The translations under genes were made by a program, and so were the position numbers. Positions 56,765-64,000 of a stretch of 64,000 nt of DNA are shown piece after piece. Position 1 is the first letter of the stretch. Each line of letters starts with the position of its first letter. The notes under the pieces were generated by a model. It worked only from the letters and a program-made list of their open reading frames with translations, was not told the DNA's origin and did no database searches. Source of the stretch: Verrucomicrobiaceae bacterium (lineage in GTDB: Bacteria; Verrucomicrobiota; Verrucomicrobiia; Verrucomicrobiales; Akkermansiaceae); the NCBI GenBank assembly GCA_051252135.1, contig JBPOGH010000002.1:248791-312790 (forward strand). The letters run 5' to 3'.

Positions 56765-57307
56765 ATGAAGTGCTTGAGATCGATTGGTTTGTTTTTGTCG
56801 TTGGGGTTTGGGCTGCCTTGTTTTGGGGAGGAGGCTGGTGCGAAGCCGGTGGAGCTGGAGGTGGTGAAGGGGGCGATCGGGGTGTGGGACGGGGAGGTTG
56901 AGGTTTGGGCGGCGGGTCCGGACTCGGAGCCGATGACGATGACGACGGTGGAGACGAACCGGGCATTCGGGGAGTATTGGATTTCGTCTGATTTGGACAC
57001 CAAGGTGAACGGGCAGACGATGACGGTTCATGCGATTGTGGGTTACGATTTGGAGAAGGGTAAGTTGGTGGGGACGGTGGTGGATCATGGTCCGTATGCG
57101 GCGAGCATGACGGGTGAGTATGATGCGGCAACGAAGACGGTTCACTGGACGACCAGGGCGAAGACTCCGGATGGAAGGGAGATGGTGCAGAAGACGACGG
57201 TGACGCAGAAGAGTGCGGACGAGCGGGTGCTGGTGTTATCGATGAAGGCCGGGGCGGGGGAGGGGTTTGTGAAGTTTATGCGGATTCGTTATTTGAAGCG
57301 GAAATGA
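56765..57307 (+). CDS. DUF1579 domain protein, secreted
   Basis: Signal peptide, then GVWDGEVEVWAAGPDSEPMTMTTVETNRAFGEYWISSDL...HAIVGYDLEKGKLVGTVVD...GEYDAATKTVHWT. This is DUF1579-like by pattern. Confidence 0.7.
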   Translation: MKCLRSIGLFLSLGFGLPCFGEEAGAKPVELEVVKGAIGVWDGEVEVWAAGPDSEPMTMTTVETNRAFGEYWISSDLDTKVNGQTMTVHAIVGYDLEKGKLVGTVVDHGPYAASMTGEYDAATKTVHWTTRAKTPDGREMVQKTTVTQKSADERVLVLSMKAGAGEGFVKFMRIRYLKRK

Positions 57308-57747
57308 AACTGGTTGCGATCAGTGAGGAAGGGACGCCGGCGGAGGCGATTGGGGAATTGCCGGAGATTGCGAAGCAGGTGATGGCGTCGTGTGCGGCGA
57401 TGGCAGGGGAGAAGGAATATGTTCTGCCCTGGGTGGGTTATTTGGCGGTGGAGGGTGGGGTTTGTGTGGGGACGTGTGCCTTTAAATCGGCTCCGGTGGA
57501 TGGGCGGGTGGAGATTGCTTACTTTACCTTTCCGGGGGTGGAGGGGCGTGGGGTGGCGACGCGGATGGGACGGGGGTTGTTGAGGGTGGCGGGGGAGGAG
57601 GTTCGGATTTTTGCGCAAACGCTGCCGGAGGAGGGGGCATCGACGCGGGTGCTGGAGAAGCTGGGATTTAGGAAAGCGGGAGAGGTTGAGCATCCGGAGG
57701 ATGGCTTGGTGTGGGAATGGGAGCGGGGGGACGATTTTGAGGGTTAG
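57304..57747 (+). CDS. GNAT-family N-acetyltransferase
   Basis: The acetyl-CoA binding segment is GVEGRGVATRMGRGLL. The C-terminal part is VLEKLGFRKAGEV. The ATGA start overlaps the upstream gene's stop. Confidence 0.75.
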   Translation: MKLVAISEEGTPAEAIGELPEIAKQVMASCAAMAGEKEYVLPWVGYLAVEGGVCVGTCAFKSAPVDGRVEIAYFTFPGVEGRGVATRMGRGLLRVAGEEVRIFAQTLPEEGASTRVLEKLGFRKAGEVEHPEDGLVWEWERGDDFEG

Positions 57748-57780
57748 ATTTTTAGGTGAGTGGTAGTAGTTGGGCGAAGG

Positions 57781-58335
57781 ATGTCTTTGAAACGCACAGA
57801 TGAGGAACCACCGGCGGATCGCTACGAGCTATTCGTGCGGAGATTTGCGCGTTATGAGCCTGATCTGAGGCGGTTTATCCGGTCGTTGCTGCCGACGGCG
57901 GTGGATACGGATGAGGTGCTGCAGCAGACGGCGATTGTGATCTGGCGGAAGTTTGATCTCTATGATCCGGAGACGCCCTTTATGAAGTGGGCGTGTGTGA
58001 TCGGGCGCTTTGAGGCGCTGGCGTATCGGCGGAAGATGGCGCGGGACCGGCTGGTGTTTCGCGAGGAAGTGTTCGATTTGATGGCGGACGAGGGGATTGA
58101 TGATTTGGCGGGGCGGGACGATGAGCATCTGGCGCTGGAGTCGTGTATGCAGGAGATGACGGAGCGGCAGCGGAAGTTTTTGATTTTGGCGTATACGCCG
58201 GGGGTGAAGGTGAAGGAGCTGGCCGAGGAGGCGGGATCGTCTGCGGCGGCGTTTTATATGCGATTGAAGCGGCTGCGCCGGCAGTTGATGATTTGTATGG
58301 AGTCGAAGACACAACAGGAGAATTTAGAATCATGA
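57781..58335 (+). CDS. ECF-type sigma-70 family RNA polymerase sigma factor
   Basis: Region 2 is EVLQQTAIVIWRKFDLYDPETPFMKWACVIGRFEALAYRRK. Region 4 is QRKFLILAYTPGVKVKELAEEAGSSAAAFYMRLKRLR. I start it at ATG 57781. Confidence 0.85.
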   Translation: MSLKRTDEEPPADRYELFVRRFARYEPDLRRFIRSLLPTAVDTDEVLQQTAIVIWRKFDLYDPETPFMKWACVIGRFEALAYRRKMARDRLVFREEVFDLMADEGIDDLAGRDDEHLALESCMQEMTERQRKFLILAYTPGVKVKELAEEAGSSAAAFYMRLKRLRRQLMICMESKTQQENLES

Positions 58336-59999
58336 GTGGAGCAAATTTCAAGAACCTCAGCGAGGAGGAGAAGGATTGGTTGGACGGCTATCTTGATGGC
58401 ACGATCAGCGCGGCGGATTTTGCGGCGATGCAGGATCGGATGGTGGAGAGTCCGGGCTTCCGGGAGGTGATGCGGCGTTATTTGCTGGTGGATGATTTCC
58501 TGCGGAGCGGTGCGGAGGATGCGGGTTCTCCCTGGCAGGCGGTGGATGAAGAGGGGCGGATGCCGGAGAAGGGGGCGATATTGAGATTTCCCAATATGGT
58601 TCAGCTGGGGATGGCGGCAGCGGTGGCCTTTGTGTTGGGGCTGACGCTGATGTATGTGTTTTCCAAGCCGGAAGCGGCGGTGGCCTCCGGGGATCCGATC
58701 AAGCCATCGGTGAAGTCCTTTGCGGAGGGGTTTGCGGTGGTGGAGAGTCTGATGGGGGCGACGTGGCCGGAGGGTGATGCGGGTCATGATGAGGGGGATA
58801 CGCTGGGGACCGAGGTGTTCCGGATTGCGGGCGGGGCGGCGGAGATTCAGTTTTTCTCAGGGGCGACGATGACGGTGGAGGGGCCGGCGGAGATTTCGCT
58901 GAAGTCGGCATGGGAGGCATATTGTCTGGAGGGTGCGGTGCGGATGCAGGTGCCTCCGGCGGCGCGCGGGTTTATTTTGAATTCGCCCTCGACAGAGATT
59001 GTTGATTTGGGGACGGAGTTCGGTCTCGTGGTGCGCGGGGGAGAGGGGCACGTGGAGGTTTTTGACGGGGAGATTGAATTGACGCACCGGGATGAGGGGA
59101 CGCAGTTGCTGACGAAGGGGGCGGCGCGCGAGTTGCAGTCGGACGGGCCGTCGGTGGAGTCGGCGAGCGGGACGGTTGATTTTCCGGATTCGGGGAGGTT
59201 TCAGCTGCATGCGCGGGACAAGCGGATGGGAGATTTTGAGCGGTGGCTGGAGCACCGTGATGCGGTATCGCGTGATGAGCGCTTGATTGCCTATTATTCC
59301 TTTGAGCGTGAGGAACAGAATCCTCTGGTGCCGAATCTGGGGCTTCCGCGCGATGCGGAGTTGGATGGGGCGGTGATTTTAGCGGAGCCGGTGGATGGTC
59401 GCTGGCCGGGGTTGAGCTCGGCGCTGGAATTCCGGCGTCCGGGAGCGCGGGTGCGGGTAAACATTCCGGGTGAGTTTTCGGCCTACACCTTTTCCTGTTG
59501 GGTGAGGATTGATAGTCTGGACCGGATGTACAGTGCGCTGTTCATGGGTGACGGGTATGAGAACGGAGAGCCGCACTGGCAGATTGAGGATAGCGGGCGG
59601 CTGATGCTTTCGGTGATGGTGGATGATACGAAAACCCATCCGGAAAACGATGAGTCGCGTTTTCACCATGTTTATTATTCCCCACCAATTTGGGATCTGT
59701 CGATGAGCGGGGAGTGGATTCACCTGACGTCGACCTTTAGTCCGGCGAAGCGGGAGGTTTGCCATTACGTGAATGGGGAGCGGATTTCGAGAGAGGAGAT
59801 CAAGGATTTGTTCTTTGTAGAGCAGCTGCGGATCGGGAATGGGGAGATTGGCAACTGGGGGCAGCCCTTCCGGGAGGATCCGAGTTTTACGATCCGGAAT
59901 TTGAGCGGACGGATGGATGAGCTGGCAATTTATGGTGCGGCGTTGAGCGAGGGCGAGGTGAGGGCGCTCTTTGAGGGGAGTCGCTCGCGGAGTCGGTGA
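58332..59999 (+). CDS. anti-sigma factor: cytoplasmic N-domain, one TM, FecR domain, C-terminal LamG domain
   Basis: The ATGA start overlaps the sigma gene's stop. The TM is VQLGMAAAVAFVLGLTLMYVF. The FecR-like part is FRIAGGAAEIQFFSGATMTVEGPAEISL...STEIVDLGTEFGLVV. The LamG part is YYSFERE...SGRMDELAIYGAALSEGEV. The ORF-track start at 58143 is a spurious extension. Confidence 0.8.
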   Translation: MSGANFKNLSEEEKDWLDGYLDGTISAADFAAMQDRMVESPGFREVMRRYLLVDDFLRSGAEDAGSPWQAVDEEGRMPEKGAILRFPNMVQLGMAAAVAFVLGLTLMYVFSKPEAAVASGDPIKPSVKSFAEGFAVVESLMGATWPEGDAGHDEGDTLGTEVFRIAGGAAEIQFFSGATMTVEGPAEISLKSAWEAYCLEGAVRMQVPPAARGFILNSPSTEIVDLGTEFGLVVRGGEGHVEVFDGEIELTHRDEGTQLLTKGAARELQSDGPSVESASGTVDFPDSGRFQLHARDKRMGDFERWLEHRDAVSRDERLIAYYSFEREEQNPLVPNLGLPRDAELDGAVILAEPVDGRWPGLSSALEFRRPGARVRVNIPGEFSAYTFSCWVRIDSLDRMYSALFMGDGYENGEPHWQIEDSGRLMLSVMVDDTKTHPENDESRFHHVYYSPPIWDLSMSGEWIHLTSTFSPAKREVCHYVNGERISREEIKDLFFVEQLRIGNGEIGNWGQPFREDPSFTIRNLSGRMDELAIYGAALSEGEVRALFEGSRSRSR

Positions 60000-60153
60000 T
60001 TTTTTTTCCGGGAGGACGTTAGAATTTTCCGGAGTTGGAAGTGATAGGGTGATCTGACTCTTTATCAGCCAATGATTTGCTGTCGGATGGGGTTCTTTCC
60101 CCGTGACAAGAAACGTTCCTGGGCCTACTCCTTTAGTGTTAATTCCATCGATT

Positions 60154-60855
60154 ATGAAAACAATGCACACATTGATCGCGCTGCCACTTGTGGCAGGACT
60201 TGTCGGCTCGGCCCACGCCGTGACGGCACTTATTGACTTCGGGACGGCGAACGCGCCGAGTCCCTACAATACGGTTCCAATCACCTTCGGCGCGGACGCG
60301 GATACGGGCATTGTGGCATTGAATGATACGAGCTCTGCGGCGACCGGGTGGTCGGTGAATGTGAGTGAGACGGGGACCGGCAATGGCGGAAATGCCGGTG
60401 CGGGGGCGAATGTTTCCTCATTTCCGGCGTCACTTTCGAGTTATGCGGCGGAGGCGTTGCAAGACAGTATTTATGCCAACCAAGGAGGAGGGACGACACC
60501 CTCGATGGTGCTGACCTTGTCCGGGTTGAACAGCGCGCTTACCTACGACCTTTTGCTGTATGGATCACGTGCCAACGGTCAGGGAGTGGATCAAATTTGG
60601 AACATCACCCAGGGAACGGGTGGTGCGACGGTGACGCATTTTTCGGAACTCAATGATACCACGGTGGTTGATTGGCAGGGAGTGAGTCCGAATGGGTCGG
60701 GAGTGATCGAGGTGAGCATTACCGCTGGTGCGGATGCGGCGGGTGCATTGGCACTGAACTTCGGGTCGATCACGGAGAATGCGATTCCGGAGCCGTCTGC
60801 CGGATTACTTTGTGCGCTTGCCGGTCTGGCGCTGGTGAAACGTCGCCGTTCCTAG
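60154..60855 (+). CDS. PEP-CTERM sorting-domain surface protein
   Basis: Signal peptide MKTMHTLIALPLVAGLVGSAHA. The C-terminus is IPEPSAGLLCALAGLALVKRRRS. Confidence 0.8.
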   Translation: MKTMHTLIALPLVAGLVGSAHAVTALIDFGTANAPSPYNTVPITFGADADTGIVALNDTSSAATGWSVNVSETGTGNGGNAGAGANVSSFPASLSSYAAEALQDSIYANQGGGTTPSMVLTLSGLNSALTYDLLLYGSRANGQGVDQIWNITQGTGGATVTHFSELNDTTVVDWQGVSPNGSGVIEVSITAGADAAGALALNFGSITENAIPEPSAGLLCALAGLALVKRRRS

Positions 60856-60901
60856 GATTTTATTTTCAGGCTATTTTTTCAAAATCAACCAATCCAGATC
60901 C

Positions 60902-63196
60902 ATGAAACACACATTTGCAACCTACCTGCTCCCGGCAGTGATTACGGTCCTGCCTGTCCAGGGCAAGTTGGCCGCCTGGTATCCGCTCGATGAGACCCAG
61001 AGTTCAACGACCGTTACGGAAAATGTCTCCGGCACGCCCACTACTCTTGCCGGGTTTGACGTCGACCCGTCCATCACCGCGATCCTCAAGGGTCATCTGT
61101 CGGCTTCCCAAGCCCTTGGCACCTCCTATCTTTTGAACGACGCCGATAACAATGCGGGGGCGTTCAACCTTGGGACAAGCGCGGCCGTGCAGCCGGTGGA
61201 CCAGTTCACGTTTACGTGCTTTATCCAACCTTCCAGTTTCAATGCTTATGACCGGATTTTTGAGTCACTTGATGGAAATTTGAATACCTTGCGCGGAATC
61301 CGGATCGATCTTGGCGCATCGGGGAATCAAGTGCGCTTTCTTGTCCGTGACGGGTCGGGTGCGACGGCCCAGACATCCCACCCGCTTGTCCTTCAAAATG
61401 ACGGGTCGTGGTATTTTTGTGCGTTCCGCTACGATTCGGCGAGCGCGGATTCCACTCCACTTCGGGTCACGGTTTTGAAGCTTGATGGTTCGGTGATCGA
61501 CGAAGCTGCGATCGGTGCGGCAACAGTCGGGCCGGCTACAGTGGGGACCGGAGCGCTTACCGCTCCCCATAGTCAGGCCTCTGTGATTGGCTCCAGTTCT
61601 CCCGACGGTGGTCCATTTGCCCTGGATGGGGCGATTGATGAGTTGGCGATTTACGATAACTCCGACGGGAATGGTGTGTTGTCCAATGAGCAACTCGCGA
61701 CCAACGCCCAGGTTGGGCCTTCGGGGGTTGAGCTGATTACGGCATTCGCAAGTGATACCTTGAGTGTTTCCCCTGGAAATCCGGTGACCTTCAACTGGAC
61801 CATCACCGAGCCCTTCGATTCTCTTGTTCTTGAAGACGAGAGCGGCAATTCCACCGATTTGGTTCCTTTGACTGCAGGTGGTTCGGGGTCGACCACGGCC
61901 TCTCCTTCTGAAACGACGACTTACTATCTGAAGGGGGTCAATGGAGACGTGGAAAACACCCATGCGATCAAGATTCTTTCCGGAGCAGCTCCGGAGATTA
62001 CGAATTTTGGTGCATCGAGCGCGGTGGTGCAGACCGGTTCCAACGTTGATCTCAGTTGGGTGGTTGTTGGTGCAGACACGGTCACGCTGGATCCCGGTGC
62101 GACCGATGTGACAGCGCTCACCACGACAACGATTGCTATTAACGAAACCACGACCTTCACCCTTTCCGCGACGAATAGCTTCGGAACGACGACTGCGGAT
62201 GTGACGGTTTCCTCCTTTAGCGGAGTGGTGCCAGCGCATCTTTACAATGCCGGGACCGAGACCAACACCGATGGCACTTGGTTTGACCAGGTTGATGTCA
62301 AAAACCTGAATGCCAGTGGTCTGATCCGCCTGGCTCCTTTGACAACGGAAAGTCCCAACACGAATATTACCGGCGCGTATCTTGCGGAGAGCGCGGGTGT
62401 GGGAGCAAGCGTGGGTGCATATCAGTTTGCCCAATCCACCTTTGAGATTTGGCTTCGTCCGGGTGCGGTGACGGCAGATCATGGTGTGATCTTTGAGACC
62501 GGTGGTGGACAGAACGGACTTGCGGCCTTGTTGAATCAAAATGGTCTCCGGTTTATTGGAAGTGCCGGAAACGTGAGAAACCTGGACCTTGTGGTTCCTC
62601 TTGCCGGTTTGAACATGGAGGACTTCATCCAGGTGGTGTTCTCACATGATACGGCCACTGATTCCTTCGCGGTTTCGGTGCGTGACACCTTTGGTGCGGT
62701 GCGGACAGCGACTGAAACTGCCGCAGTGATCATGGGAGGAAATGGGGCGGTGGTCTTTGCCTGGGGAGCGGGCGCAGTGGGTGGAAGTGAAAACAATCTC
62801 GGAGGAAACACCGAACTCCCGGGAGCTACTCCGGAGGGGCTCACGAGTTTCCTTGGTGAGATTGCGATCATCAATGTTTACGATCAGATTCTGGACGCCA
62901 CCCAGATCAAGGCAGCCTTTGACTCGGTCGCGACGATCACGGCACCTCCAGCAGGTGGCTTGAATGCAGTCACGGCGATCGCATTCGATGGAGCGTCGAC
63001 AGTCACGCTTACGTGGAACTCCCAGAACGGAACAACTTACGACGCCGAGTTTTCCACCAGTCTGGAGGACGGTTCATGGTTCCCGCTGGAACAGGTGGTC
63101 ACGGCGACGGCCAATGTGACGACCCATGGTTTCACCATTCCTCCCAATCAGGAGAAGTTCTTCCTGAGAATCATCGAAGCGACCCCTGAACCCTAG
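60902..63196 (+). CDS. secreted protein with two LamG domains, two Ig-like repeats and a C-terminal small beta module
   Basis: LamG 1 is AWYPLDE...GAIDELAIYDN. The Ig-like repeats span aa 275-437 and end in TTTFTLSATN. LamG 2 ends in FLGEIAIINVYDQILDATQI. Confidence 0.75.
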   Translation: MKHTFATYLLPAVITVLPVQGKLAAWYPLDETQSSTTVTENVSGTPTTLAGFDVDPSITAILKGHLSASQALGTSYLLNDADNNAGAFNLGTSAAVQPVDQFTFTCFIQPSSFNAYDRIFESLDGNLNTLRGIRIDLGASGNQVRFLVRDGSGATAQTSHPLVLQNDGSWYFCAFRYDSASADSTPLRVTVLKLDGSVIDEAAIGAATVGPATVGTGALTAPHSQASVIGSSSPDGGPFALDGAIDELAIYDNSDGNGVLSNEQLATNAQVGPSGVELITAFASDTLSVSPGNPVTFNWTITEPFDSLVLEDESGNSTDLVPLTAGGSGSTTASPSETTTYYLKGVNGDVENTHAIKILSGAAPEITNFGASSAVVQTGSNVDLSWVVVGADTVTLDPGATDVTALTTTTIAINETTTFTLSATNSFGTTTADVTVSSFSGVVPAHLYNAGTETNTDGTWFDQVDVKNLNASGLIRLAPLTTESPNTNITGAYLAESAGVGASVGAYQFAQSTFEIWLRPGAVTADHGVIFETGGGQNGLAALLNQNGLRFIGSAGNVRNLDLVVPLAGLNMEDFIQVVFSHDTATDSFAVSVRDTFGAVRTATETAAVIMGGNGAVVFAWGAGAVGGSENNLGGNTELPGATPEGLTSFLGEIAIINVYDQILDATQIKAAFDSVATITAPPAGGLNAVTAIAFDGASTVTLTWNSQNGTTYDAEFSTSLEDGSWFPLEQVVTATANVTTHGFTIPPNQEKFFLRIIEATPEP

Positions 63197-63202
63197 GTTA
63201 TC

Positions 63203-64000
63203 GTGCGGTTTAAATTGCCCTTCTCAGATCCGGGACTTGTGTATCGACTTGCCGCTGCGGGATTTGCCTGCGCGACAGTCGGTGCCGGAGCCGCACCTCA
63301 GATTACCGAGTTTGCCGCGATCAATGGAGGGCATCTCCTTGATGGAGATGGCAGCGCGTCCGACTGGATTGAAATCCACAATCCGGATGGGGTTCCGCTC
63401 GAAATCGGAGGGTATCACCTGACGGATGATCCGGCGCAGCCGATGCTTTATACCTTTCCGGCCGGGACGTTGATCCCGGTGGGAGGGTATCTTACGGTCT
63501 TTGCTTCCGGTCGGGTTGAGGCCAATTACACTGATGGGGCTGGGAATCTGCACACCAATTTTTCGCTGAAGGGAAGTGGCGAGTATCTCTCGCTGCGGGC
63601 CCCGGATGGTTCACTGGTTCAGGAGTTCTTTCCGGAGTATCCTGCCCAGGAGGAGGATGTTTCCTATGGCTCGGGCACCTTGTCTCCCGAGTTCACTTTC
63701 ATTTCGCAAAGTGACGTGTCCACCTGGCTGGTGCCCGGGAGCAATATTGGAAACTCCTGGCAATTGCCCGAATTTGATGACGCCGGGTGGAATGCGTCCG
63801 GAGTTTCGATTGGCTATGGATACAATGATTTGATCAGCGCGGGTGGTGACACCCGGAGTGCGATGTGGTTTGTGAACGCCTCGGTTTACCAGAGGATTCC
63901 ATTTCAGGTGGAAGACGCGAGTGCGATTTCATCGCTCTTGCTGAGCATGCGTTACGAGGACGGGTTTGTAGCCTACCTTAATGGGGTCCGTGTGGCTTCG
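63203..64000 (+). CDS. LTD (lamin-tail domain) surface protein, N-terminal part (continues beyond window end)
   Basis: The frame is open from GTG 63203 to the window end (266 codons, no stop, so absent from the ORF track). It contains ITEFAAINGGHLLDGDGSASDWIEIHNPDGVPLEIGGYHLTDD, then SWQLPEFDDAGWNAS...MRYEDGFVAYLNG. The latter segment also occurs in the CotH protein. Confidence 0.7.
   Translation, partial: MRFKLPFSDPGLVYRLAAAGFACATVGAGAAPQITEFAAINGGHLLDGDGSASDWIEIHNPDGVPLEIGGYHLTDDPAQPMLYTFPAGTLIPVGGYLTVFASGRVEANYTDGAGNLHTNFSLKGSGEYLSLRAPDGSLVQEFFPEYPAQEEDVSYGSGTLSPEFTFISQSDVSTWLVPGSNIGNSWQLPEFDDAGWNASGVSIGYGYNDLISAGGDTRSAMWFVNASVYQRIPFQVEDASAISSLLLSMRYEDGFVAYLNGVRVAS

Noticed and set aside
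58143-58331. The N-terminal extension of the anti-sigma ORF as listed in the track (start 58143)
   Set aside because: It would overlap the last 190 nt of the sigma factor gene in another frame, and its translation (MYAGDDGAAAEVFDFGVYAGGEGEG...) is shadow-like. ATG 58332 gives the classic ATGA sigma/anti-sigma coupling.

Overview
64-kb high-GC chromosomal window. Gene content suggests the PVC superphylum, most likely Verrucomicrobiota. This is an inference from PEP-CTERM sorting tails, sulfatases, LamG/LTD/CotH giant surface proteins, a FecR-LamG anti-sigma factor and a fused LpxC-FabZ. I call about 57 protein-coding genes (two partial at the window edges), one tRNA-Gly(UCC), one clear and one vestigial toxin pseudogene, several intrinsic terminators and two promoter-like sites. 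I saw no rRNA, CRISPR array, transposase, integrase or phage genes. Housekeeping genes: phnD-phnC-phnE type importer, menD, lpxC-fabZ, Nif3, Prc protease, yggS, DUF971, nnr. Envelope and accessory content: (a) a polysaccharide export module (beta-barrel, Wzc tyrosine kinase, short OPX) next to the tRNA; (b) an ABC / bitopic / helical-repeat operon; (c) a CBM-fused di-haem DUF1111 protein; (d) a sulfatase / FAD oxidoreductase / LamG / SGNH cluster; (e) two PEP-CTERM proteins; (f) a 1661-aa LamG-LTD-CotH protein; (g) a small island with two decaying toxin-antitoxin loci; (h) an ECF sigma / FecR-LamG anti-sigma cassette followed by PEP-CTERM, LamG and LTD surface proteins. Best candidate for an undescribed system: the LamG/LTD/CotH surface-protein network together with the ECF sigma / LamG-sensor anti-sigma cassette (57.8-64 kb and 48.1-53.1 kb), whose proteins share several unannotated modules. 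Second candidate: the ABC / bitopic / 634-aa helical protein operon (16.9-21.0 kb). Also notable: a ParE-type toxin interrupted by an in-frame TGA, and a strong top-strand G excess that flips synonymous codon usage with gene orientation. All functional calls rest on motifs read by eye from the translations; no database search was run.
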